Positions 9,747 to 18,029 of a stretch of DNA of 64,000 nucleotides are shown in pieces. This DNA comes from an uncultured Fidelibacterota bacterium (GTDB taxonomy: Bacteria > Fidelibacterota > Marinisomatia > Marinisomatales > TCS55). Location: assembly GCA_902615915.1 (NCBI GenBank), contig CACMQQ010000007.1, forward strand, positions 2,836-66,835, given 5' to 3'. The notes beneath the pieces are model-generated. The model was not told the origin of the DNA. It made no database searches and was given only the letters and a program-made list of their open reading frames with translations. A program made the position numbers and the translations under genes. Within the stretch, counting starts at the first letter, position 1. The number at the start of each line of letters is the position of its first letter.

Positions 9747-10756
9747 TATATGTAAATATTTTTAATAGCTCTCAAAATTTCTCCATCATCTATTTCAGTC
9801 ATGCAGTACTGTCTTTTTCTATAACATGAAAAAGAACCATTTATTGAACATGGTTTACACCAAATGTTAGGAGCGTGAATTTCTTCTGAAAGTTTGCTGA
9901 AGAGTCCACCACCTGTTTGTTTGTTTGTTGGGCCAAAAATTGCTATGACATGCTTGTTTAATGCTTCTGCCGCATGTATCATACCTGTATCACCTCCAAC
10001 TACGAATAAAGCATTGCTAATTATTGATAGAGATTGTCTCAAAGAGGTTTTGCCGGATATATTAATAATTTTGTTTTTATAACCTTTAGCAATTTCTTTA
10101 CAAATGCTTGTATTAGATGAACCAATTAGAACAGGTGTCAAATTGAATTTTTTATAAATATTATTCAAAATTCCTATATATCTCTGAGCAGGAAATTGCT
10201 TTTGTGCCCAAGCAGCTTCAGGAGCAAGAGCAAAATAATTTTCAATATTTAGCTTTTCATTGATTTCTTTTTTTTCATCTGAGCTTATATATAATTTTGT
10301 ATTTCCAATTTTGTGATCAACGGGAAGTAGATCTTGGATCGCTTGATTATACATCGAGCGAACATTAAAGTCTTCTTCAAATGAATTAAAATGAAATAAA
10401 AATAAAAAAAAACGCTTTAACCTTGGCTTCTTAATTTTTTTAATTTTAGATTTTTTTAAAAATAGACTAAAAGCTTTTGATCTGGGTGAATTATGCAAAT
10501 CGATTATATAATCATATTTATTTGATTGTAATTTTAGAATTAACTCAGATATGTGTGAGTATTTAGCATTCTTTGATATAGAGTAGACTTTATTTAATGA
10601 CTTGTGGTTTTTCAAGATAGATTTGAAATGATCTAAAGTTAGATAGTCAATAGTGTAGTTGGGTAAATACTCCTTAATTGTAGATAGAGTGGATGTTGTC
10701 TGAATTATATCCCCAATTGAGCTAAATCTCATAACTAATATGGATTTAGATTTCAT
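9746..10756 (-). CDS. glycosyltransferase family 9 (LPS heptosyltransferase-like)
   Basis: The N-terminus reads ILVMRFSSIGDIIQTT. The C-terminal half has GGDTGMIHAAEALNKHVIAIFGPT, typical of RfaF/RfaC-type GT9 enzymes. Confidence 0.8.
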   Translation of the reverse strand: MKSKSILVMRFSSIGDIIQTTSTLSTIKEYLPNYTIDYLTLDHFKSILKNHKSLNKVYSISKNAKYSHISELILKLQSNKYDYIIDLHNSPRSKAFSLFLKKSKIKKIKKPRLKRFFLFLFHFNSFEEDFNVRSMYNQAIQDLLPVDHKIGNTKLYISSDEKKEINEKLNIENYFALAPEAAWAQKQFPAQRYIGILNNIYKKFNLTPVLIGSSNTSICKEIAKGYKNKIINISGKTSLRQSLSIISNALFVVGGDTGMIHAAEALNKHVIAIFGPTNKQTGGGLFSKLSEEIHAPNIWCKPCSINGSFSCYRKRQYCMTEIDDGEILRAIKNIYI

Positions 10757-10758
10757 CT

Positions 10759-11748
10759 TTAGCCTGATCTATTGATGTTAAAATCAACCAAATCTATTAA
10801 TGATTTTTTGTACTCAGATGGCTCAAAATCTTTTAAAGAGCTTTTTGCTTTTTCGCTAAAATAAAAAATCTTTTTCTGGGCATGGGAAAACCCACCCACT
10901 TCCTTTACAATATTTTTTAATAGCTTTATATCAGTTTTACTTTTATTTTTTATTTTTAATAAGTTTTTCAAGTTTTTCAATTTTTTTTCAGATAAATTTT
11001 GCTTAGCGTAGATTAGTGGTAACGTTATCATATTCTTTTTAACATCCGCGGCCATATCTTTTCCAGTCTCTTCTTGAGATCCAAGAATATCAAATAAATC
11101 ATCTTTAATTTGAAAAGCCATACCTAAATTTTTTCCATAAGACCTTATAGACAATCTATCTTTTTCATTTGCTGAAGTTGTCAATGCGCCCAACTCGCAA
11201 CAAGTCGATATGAGTGATGCTGTTTTTTGATAAATCATTTCATAGTAGATTTCTTCATCCATTGATCTCGTGATGGATTTTTCTATTTGCAAAATCTCTC
11301 CCGCAGCTAATTTTTCAGCAGTTTCAGCAATTAATTGCAAGGCTTCATAATCATTAAGCTTAACCATGTTTATAAGAGTTTTGCTTAAAATAAAATCTCC
11401 CATTAGAATGGCTATTTTATTTTTCCAGACTCTGTTAATTGAAAAAAATCCTCTCCTTTTTTCTGCATCATCAACAACATCATCATGAGCTAAAGTTGCA
11501 ATATGTAATAATTCTAACATAGCAGCAGCTCTGTAAGTATTTTGAGAAGGTGTTCCACATAATCGAGATGATAACAAAGTTAAAATTGGTCTAAAAAATT
11601 TACCTTTATGTCTTAAAATATATTTTCCAATTAAGTTTATTAACTTTACATCTGACGACATCGCATTCTTTAGCTCTATTTCAAATATTGAAAGGTCATT
11701 TTTAATACATTTGGTAATACGGTGCAGTTTTTTTTGCTTTAAAATCAT
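10759..11748 (-). CDS. long-chain polyprenyl diphosphate synthase (IspB-like)
   Basis: The first Asp-rich motif is LAHDDVVDDAEKRRG and the second is FQIKDDLFD. Length is 329 aa. Confidence 0.85.
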   Translation of the reverse strand: MILKQKKLHRITKCIKNDLSIFEIELKNAMSSDVKLINLIGKYILRHKGKFFRPILTLLSSRLCGTPSQNTYRAAAMLELLHIATLAHDDVVDDAEKRRGFFSINRVWKNKIAILMGDFILSKTLINMVKLNDYEALQLIAETAEKLAAGEILQIEKSITRSMDEEIYYEMIYQKTASLISTCCELGALTTSANEKDRLSIRSYGKNLGMAFQIKDDLFDILGSQEETGKDMAADVKKNMITLPLIYAKQNLSEKKLKNLKNLLKIKNKSKTDIKLLKNIVKEVGGFSHAQKKIFYFSEKAKSSLKDFEPSEYKKSLIDLVDFNINRSG

Positions 11749-11749
11749 T

Positions 11750-12478
11750 TTATAATTTATTTCTATTAACCAACCAACTAACTAAAATACTGAATTCATA
11801 TAAAATCATTAGCGGGATTGACATAAGAACCAGACTAATTGGATCTGGCGGTGTAATAAATGCACTTAGAATTAAAACAAAAATAATTGCATGTCTCCTG
11901 TAATGCCTCATAAATGCTGGAGTTAATAAACCTAAAACAGATAGAATAAAAACTATTATAGGCAATTGAAACAAAACACCTGATCCAAAAAGCAACCAAA
12001 TAATAAAATTAAAATAATAATTTATAGAGAAATTATTTTGAATACCTTCCATGCCAACAGATGTAAAGAAATTTAACGAAAATGGAATAATTATTTTATA
12101 AGCAAATACTAAACCAATTATAAAAAATAAAAAAGTAAAAACTATCAATGGGCCTACATATTTTTTTTCATTTATATACAAACCTGGTGAAATAAATTTC
12201 CAAATTTGAAAAGTTAAAACTGGTATAGAAAGTGCTATACCGCCCATTAGAGCTATACCCCATTTGATCATAAACATACCTTGCACCTTAAGAACCTGTA
12301 AATCGAGTGGATAGGTCAAATTTTTAGTGGGTAAAATCATAAATTCAATGATTTGATCAACAAAATAGAATGTAATAATAGCACCTATGAGAATGGAAAT
12401 TATAGATTTTATAAGCCTCCATCTCAACTCTTCAAGATGATCTAAAAAAGGCATATCTTCGCTATTTTTTTTCATCAA
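11750..12478 (-). CDS. tatC: twin-arginine translocase subunit TatC
   Basis: The N-terminus reads MPFLDHLEELRWRLIKS. There are six predicted TM segments in 242 aa. Confidence 0.9.
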   Translation of the reverse strand: MMKKNSEDMPFLDHLEELRWRLIKSIISILIGAIITFYFVDQIIEFMILPTKNLTYPLDLQVLKVQGMFMIKWGIALMGGIALSIPVLTFQIWKFISPGLYINEKKYVGPLIVFTFLFFIIGLVFAYKIIIPFSLNFFTSVGMEGIQNNFSINYYFNFIIWLLFGSGVLFQLPIIVFILSVLGLLTPAFMRHYRRHAIIFVLILSAFITPPDPISLVLMSIPLMILYEFSILVSWLVNRNKL

Positions 12479-13400
12479 TCATCATTTTTGCAATTTTAGA
12501 AGGAGAATCATTGGTATTGTTGATATTCTTAATAGATTTATTCAACCTATCTATTTTTTTGCTAGTCCAAAATTCACCTAAAAGCTGATCTTTGACTATT
12601 TGAAACACTCTATTTTTTAATCTATTATTTCTTTTTTCTGTTAAAGTTCCATTATTAACGAATACATCATTTACATCTTCTATTCCCTTATATAGTGAAT
12701 CTATTCCATCACCTCTGTCAGCTGATGTTAAAAATACTTTAGGTTCAAGTTTTTTTTTGGAAAAAGTCGAGTGTAAAATATTTTTTAAAGATTGTGCAAG
12801 CTTATTTGATCCTTGCCTGTCAGCTTTATTTATAACAAAAATATCTCCTATTTCTATTATGCCAGCTTTCATTAATTGAATTTCATCACCTGACTCAGGA
12901 ACTAAAACAACTATTACTATATCTACCTGCTTAATTATGTCATGCTCACCTTGGCCAACACCAACTGTTTCATAGATAATAATATCTTTTCCACTTGCAG
13001 CTAAAATATCGCCTATTTCTTGGGTTTTTTTGGACAATCCTCCAAGTTCACCTCTGGCACCTAAACTTCGAATGAAAACATCATCTTTCCACAAATAATT
13101 ATTCATTCTTACTCTGTCGCCTAGCAATGCTCCTCCAGTAAATGGGCTTGTCGGATCAACGGCAATCACCCCAACACTTTTGTTAGATTGTAAAAACTTG
13201 TCAATCAATTTATCTGTGAGTGTACTTTTACCAGCCCCAGGAGGGCCTGTAATTCCTATTCTTAGGGATGAGGTCGAGTATTTATAAATTTCATCTAGAA
13301 AGCTTTTATTGAGGATGTCTCCAGATTCAACACTTGTTATAGCTTTAGAAATGACTATTTGGTTATTTGATCTAATTTGATCAACAAATTTTTTGCTCAT
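12462..13400 (-). CDS. meaB: MeaB/ArgK-type G3E GTPase (methylmalonyl-CoA mutase chaperone family)
   Basis: It has GITGPPGAGKSTL, ETVGVGQ and NKAD motifs. Length is 312 aa. Confidence 0.8.
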   Translation of the reverse strand: MSKKFVDQIRSNNQIVISKAITSVESGDILNKSFLDEIYKYSTSSLRIGITGPPGAGKSTLTDKLIDKFLQSNKSVGVIAVDPTSPFTGGALLGDRVRMNNYLWKDDVFIRSLGARGELGGLSKKTQEIGDILAASGKDIIIYETVGVGQGEHDIIKQVDIVIVVLVPESGDEIQLMKAGIIEIGDIFVINKADRQGSNKLAQSLKNILHSTFSKKKLEPKVFLTSADRGDGIDSLYKGIEDVNDVFVNNGTLTEKRNNRLKNRVFQIVKDQLLGEFWTSKKIDRLNKSIKNINNTNDSPSKIAKMMIDEKK

Positions 13401-13411
13401 TCTTAATAGGT

Positions 13412-14092
13412 TTAAGAAAAAGACTTTTTAAATGAGTTAAAGTCAAATATTGTTAATGCTCTACCATTTCTAGTCAATATTTTTTTATCCTCAAATAATT
13501 TAATAGTTCTTGAAACTGTTTCTCTTGATGTTCCAGCCATATTTGCAATATCTTGCTGAAAAGGAAGTTTTTTAATTGATACAACCCCTTTTTTAATAGT
13601 TCCAATTTCCTCAGCCAGTCTTGCAATAGTAATTCCAATTCTATGTTCAGAATCGCTCAATGAAAGACTTTCAATATGTTTATCGCTTTTTCTTAACCTT
13701 ACTGCAAGTTCCTCAAGTAAAGATATAGCAATTTTAGGATAAGATTCCAAGCATGATAAAAAATCATTTCTAGAAAGAGTTAATGCGGTTGAATCTTCAT
13801 TAGCAACAATATTTGCTGATCTGCCTTCACCATCTAATAAAGACATCTCGCCAAAAAATTCGCTTTCACCGAGGATAGCTAAAATGACTTCTCTACCATC
13901 ATCACTTAATTTTGTAACTTTAACTTCACCAGTTTTAATTACAAAAAAAGTTTCCCCTTTACTTTCCTCGAGAAGGATCACTTGACCTTTATTGTAATTT
14001 CTCAATATCATTTTATTTGATATTTTTTCTAAGTCTGAAGAAGATAAATCTGCAAAAATGGGTACATTTTTTAAATGATCAAGGTTAGTCAT
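13412..14092 (-). CDS. Crp/Fnr family transcriptional regulator
   Basis: It has a cNMP-binding domain (FFGEMSLLDGEGRSA) and a C-terminal HTH (QDIANMAGTSRETVSRTIK). Confidence 0.88.
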   Translation of the reverse strand: MTNLDHLKNVPIFADLSSSDLEKISNKMILRNYNKGQVILLEESKGETFFVIKTGEVKVTKLSDDGREVILAILGESEFFGEMSLLDGEGRSANIVANEDSTALTLSRNDFLSCLESYPKIAISLLEELAVRLRKSDKHIESLSLSDSEHRIGITIARLAEEIGTIKKGVVSIKKLPFQQDIANMAGTSRETVSRTIKLFEDKKILTRNGRALTIFDFNSFKKSFS

Positions 14093-14184
14093 ATCTGGAA
14101 AGTAATATAAATTTGTTTATAGATGAAAAGAGTTATATTATTTTGTTCGAGTATTTATTATTTAAAACTAATTGGCATTTCATT

Positions 14185-14652
14185 ATGAATGATAAAAAAA
14201 GTCTTCAAGACATTCATGCTCCAAAGTCAATTTGCTTTGGATGTGGACCAATGAATGAAAATGGGTTAAAAATTAAATCCTACAAATATAAAAATGGTCT
14301 AAAAATGAATTTTCATCCTAAAAAAGAACATCAAGCATTCCCAGGCGTTTTGAATGGTGGTATTATAGGCACTTTATTCGATTGCCACGGAAATTGGACA
14401 GCTGCAATGTCTATATTTGAATCAAACAACCAAAAGCAATTCCCTGCTACCGTTACTGCTTTTTTTGAAGTACAATTGCTAAAACCAACACCCGTTAATA
14501 CTAAAATAGAGATTTTTTCTCAAACAGTTACCTCATCAAAAAACAAAGCAAAAGTTGAGCTTGAGTTATTTTCTAATAATGATATCTATGCAAAGAGCAT
14601 AGGTGTGTTTGTTAGTGTCAAAGAAGGGCATCCTGCGTTTTATCGCTGGTAA
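14185..14652 (+). CDS. PaaI/hotdog-fold thioesterase
   Basis: The N-terminal CFGCGPMNENGLKIK motif is typical of PaaI-like thioesterases. I prefer the ATG at 14185 to the track's TTG at 14113, because the extra 24 residues look non-coding. Confidence 0.65.
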   Translation: MNDKKSLQDIHAPKSICFGCGPMNENGLKIKSYKYKNGLKMNFHPKKEHQAFPGVLNGGIIGTLFDCHGNWTAAMSIFESNNQKQFPATVTAFFEVQLLKPTPVNTKIEIFSQTVTSSKNKAKVELELFSNNDIYAKSIGVFVSVKEGHPAFYRW

Positions 14653-14727
14653 TAATATCAAACGTTTGAAATAATGTAATATTATAGATAACTTTGCCCT
14701 CAACATTATAAACAAGAAAGATAGATT

Positions 14728-14982
14728 ATGGATAGGCATCCTCAGCAAATTAAAAGAGAACGACAAGATAAGAAAAAAAGATTAATTAATATTTCTAAAA
14801 ATTCCAACATGAGAACTGTCGTTAAAAATGTATTAAATAATAAAAATAAAGATGAAGCAGCTTTATTACACAAAAAAGCAATGAGCACTATAGATAAAAT
14901 GGTAAGTAAAGGTCATTTAAAAAAGAATACTGCTGCTAGAAGAAAATCTAAAATCTCTAAACACCTTAATTCCCTAAGTTAA
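14728..14982 (+). CDS. rpsT: 30S ribosomal protein S20
   Basis: 84 aa and very basic. It has an IKRERQDKKKR start and a later HKKAMSTIDK...KGHLKKNTAARRKS segment, matching S20 architecture. Confidence 0.85.
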   Translation: MDRHPQQIKRERQDKKKRLINISKNSNMRTVVKNVLNNKNKDEAALLHKKAMSTIDKMVSKGHLKKNTAARRKSKISKHLNSLS

Positions 14983-16461
14983 TCAACTTTCAGTTATTTG
15001 ATAATTAGGGGCTTCCTTAGTTATTTTAACTTCATGCGGGTGACTTTCCTTTACCCCAGCTGTTGTAGTTTGTATAAATTCCGATTTTTTATGAAACTCT
15101 AAAATATTTCCAGATCCACAATATCCCATAGAAGCCTTTAACCCTCCCATCAATTGATGTATGGTATTTTTTACTGATCCACGATAAGGAACCATTCCTT
15201 CGATGCCTTCTGGTACTAACTTTTTAGCCTCTTCACCTTCTTGAAAATATCTATCACCGCTGCCATCTTGCATAGCACCTAAAGACCCCATACCGCGATA
15301 TGATTTATATTGACGACCCTCAAATAAAATTAATTCACCTGGACTCTCATCCATGCCAGCTAGTATACTTCCAAGCATTACCACATCGGAACCAGCGGCT
15401 ATAGCTTTTGCTAAATCTCCACTGAATCTTATTCCTCCATCTGCAATAATGGGAATCTCGTGCTTTCTTGCTTCGTCTACTGCATTCATTATGCTCGTTA
15501 ATTGTGGCATTCCCACTCCAGCAACAACTCTTGTTGTGCAACTAGCTCCTGCACCAATCCCAACTTTAACACAATCAACACCAGCTTCAATTAGTGCCTT
15601 TACACCTTCTGAGGTTGCTACATTGCCCGCTATAAGCTGAACATCATTAATTTCTTTTTTAATTTTTTTAACTAAGTTTAAAACGCCCGAGGAGTGTCCA
15701 TGAGCTGTATCAATGATAATTACATCAACATTAACACTACTTAAAGCTTTGGCTCTTTCAATGGCATCAGAGCTATTCCCAATTGCAGCTCCAACTCTTA
15801 ACCTTCCATTTGAATCTTTGCATGCATTTGGGTAATCTTCTTTTTTTTGTATATCTTTTACAGTAATTAAACCCGCAAGGCTATCATCATCATTAACAAC
15901 CAGTAATTTTTCAATTCTATGTTTTTGCAATTCATCTTTTGCTTGATCTAAAGTTGTTCCTTTGGGAACCGTAATTAGCTTTTCCATCGTCATGCGATCT
16001 TTTACTGAAAGACTATCATTGGTTTCAAATCTTATATCTCTATTGGTAATTATCCCTACAAGTTTATCATTCTCAACAACCGGTAAGCCGCTAATTTTAT
16101 AATCTGCCATTACTTTTTTTGCATCTTTAATTGTCTTATCGCTTGACAATGTAATTGGATCGACAATCATTCCACTCTCTGATCTTTTAACCTTATCAAC
16201 CATGAAAACCTGTCTTTCAATAGATAGATTTTTATGTATAACGCCAATGCCTCCTTCTCTGGCTAGAGCAACAGCCATATCGCTTTCCGTTACCGTATCC
16301 ATAGCAGCAGACAATAATGGTATGTTCATGGTTATTTTAGGGGTCAGTCTAGTTTTCAAATCTACTTCTGAGGGTAATATTTTTGAATGTTGTGGAACCA
16401 ATAATACGTCGTCAAAGGTGAATGCTTGAGTGAAAGGGGGTCTATTTTTCATTTTTTTCAT
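14983..16461 (-). CDS. guaB: IMP dehydrogenase
   Basis: 492 aa with a CBS pair inserted in a TIM barrel. The catalytic loop is [11 protein letters not shown], followed by GGIRFSGD. Confidence 0.95.
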   Translation of the reverse strand: MKKMKNRPPFTQAFTFDDVLLVPQHSKILPSEVDLKTRLTPKITMNIPLLSAAMDTVTESDMAVALAREGGIGVIHKNLSIERQVFMVDKVKRSESGMIVDPITLSSDKTIKDAKKVMADYKISGLPVVENDKLVGIITNRDIRFETNDSLSVKDRMTMEKLITVPKGTTLDQAKDELQKHRIEKLLVVNDDDSLAGLITVKDIQKKEDYPNACKDSNGRLRVGAAIGNSSDAIERAKALSSVNVDVIIIDTAHGHSSGVLNLVKKIKKEINDVQLIAGNVATSEGVKALIEAGVDCVKVGIGAGASCTTRVVAGVGMPQLTSIMNAVDEARKHEIPIIADGGIRFSGDLAKAIAAGSDVVMLGSILAGMDESPGELILFEGRQYKSYRGMGSLGAMQDGSGDRYFQEGEEAKKLVPEGIEGMVPYRGSVKNTIHQLMGGLKASMGYCGSGNILEFHKKSEFIQTTTAGVKESHPHEVKITKEAPNYQITES

Positions 16462-17984
16462 TTCAGTTTTAAAGTTTTCTTTATGTTTTGCAATATTTTT
16501 TCATTTTTAATTAGACTAATTACAACTTCAATTATTTCGTGAAATGGTACATCCTTTTTTGTAAGAATATCTTGCTCTTGAAATAATTTCATGATATTAG
16601 AAAGATGGGGGCTTGAATTGTAGTTTGAATGAAATCTAAAATTAACATTTGCAGCAACCATTAGCTCGATTGCCAGTATAGATCTAACATTATTAATTAT
16701 TTTTAAACATTTTTTTGCTGACCAAGGAGCCATACTTACAAAATCTTCCATTCCTGCGGAAGTTGAGATGGAATCAACACTAGCTGGATGAGAAAGGGTT
16801 TTATTTTCAGATGCAAGGGCAGCTGTTGTCACATGAGCTAACATAAAGCCAGATTCAAGACCTGGGTTCAAGGCGCAAAATTGAGGAATCTTATTTTCGA
16901 CCCCATTCATGAAATAGTTAATTCTTTTTTCAGATATAGCACCTATTTCAGAAACAGCTATGGATAAAATATCCATAGCTTGTGATATATTTTCTGCATG
17001 AAAATGTCCAGAATTTTTAATTTCACCGTTATTGAAAATCAATGGATTGTCAGATACTGAATTAATTTCCTCGTTCACGATTTCAACTGCGCTTTGAAAA
17101 AGTGTTTTGCTGGCTCCATGAACATGTGGAACGCATCTAATGGAATATGGGTCCTGAACTTTGTTGCAATTTATATGTGACATCACGATTTCACTATTTT
17201 CTAACAAATTATAAATATTATGAGCTGTAGAAAGTTGATTCTTGTTCTTCTTTAGTTTGTGAACCTCAGGGTCAAATATGTCTCTTGCGCATAAGCCTGC
17301 CTCTACAGAGAGTGCTGCGGCTACATCTGAAGTATAGAACAAATTATTAGATTCGTGTATTGCTTTGATAGCAATAGCAGTAGAAACCTGGGTTCCGTTT
17401 ATAAGACTTATCCCCTCTTTAGCGGATAATTTTACAGGATCTATTCCCAATTTGTTAAATACTTTCTTTGAATCTATTTTTTCCCCTCTTATTGTCACTT
17501 TTCCTTCACCAATAATAGATAAAGCAAGATGAGCCAGCGGGGCAAGGTCACCGGAGGCCCCAACTGAACCTTTTTCAGGTATTACTGGTAAAATATCATT
17601 ATTTAACATTTCTAATAATAAATTAGCGAGTTCGATACTAACACCGCTATGTCCCTTTGACCAGGTCATAAGCTTTAAAAGCATAATCACCCTGACTATG
17701 CCATCGTCTAGAGGTTTCCCTAGACCGCATGCATGGGAACGAATTAAGTTTAGTTGAAGTTTTGCTAGATCCTGAGATTTAATTTTAACATTATTTAATT
17801 TCCCAAAGCCAGTGTTAACCCCGTAGATTACAGAATTGGTTTTCAGAGCTGATTCTAGTATTTTCCTAGAATTTTCAATGGATTTTAAAGATTTTGAATC
17901 AAATTTGACTTCGTGTAAACTCTTTAAGATGGGGGCGATATCTTCCCATAGTTTAGATTTGTCCGATATGACTAGGGTACCCAT
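16458..17984 (-). CDS. hutH: histidine ammonia-lyase
   Basis: The MIO-forming motif is [14 protein letters not shown]. The substrate-selectivity dipeptide SH in LIRSHACG is HAL-type rather than the HL of TAL or the FL of PAL. Confidence 0.85.
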   Translation of the reverse strand: MGTLVISDKSKLWEDIAPILKSLHEVKFDSKSLKSIENSRKILESALKTNSVIYGVNTGFGKLNNVKIKSQDLAKLQLNLIRSHACGLGKPLDDGIVRVIMLLKLMTWSKGHSGVSIELANLLLEMLNNDILPVIPEKGSVGASGDLAPLAHLALSIIGEGKVTIRGEKIDSKKVFNKLGIDPVKLSAKEGISLINGTQVSTAIAIKAIHESNNLFYTSDVAAALSVEAGLCARDIFDPEVHKLKKNKNQLSTAHNIYNLLENSEIVMSHINCNKVQDPYSIRCVPHVHGASKTLFQSAVEIVNEEINSVSDNPLIFNNGEIKNSGHFHAENISQAMDILSIAVSEIGAISEKRINYFMNGVENKIPQFCALNPGLESGFMLAHVTTAALASENKTLSHPASVDSISTSAGMEDFVSMAPWSAKKCLKIINNVRSILAIELMVAANVNFRFHSNYNSSPHLSNIMKLFQEQDILTKKDVPFHEIIEVVISLIKNEKILQNIKKTLKLK

Positions 17985-18029
17985 TGGGTAATTTAAACTA
18001 TTTAAGCAAATAGTGACAAATATTATACT

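Noticed and set aside
14113-14184. The N-terminal extension of the thioesterase ORF from a TTG start, as given in the track.
   Set aside because: The extra residues (MFIDEKSYIILFEYLLFKTNWHFI) look like translated AT-rich promoter DNA. The homologous N-terminal region (CFGCGP motif) follows the ATG at 14185.
14658-14669. A perfect 12-bp palindrome, TCAAACGTTTGA, between the thioesterase gene and rpsT. It could be a Crp/Fnr-type operator for the nearby regulator.
   Set aside because: It does not match the FNR (TTGAT-N4-ATCAA) or CRP (TGTGA-N6-TCACA) half-site layouts. By a rough estimate, dozens of 12-bp palindromes are expected by chance in 64 kb of DNA this AT-rich.
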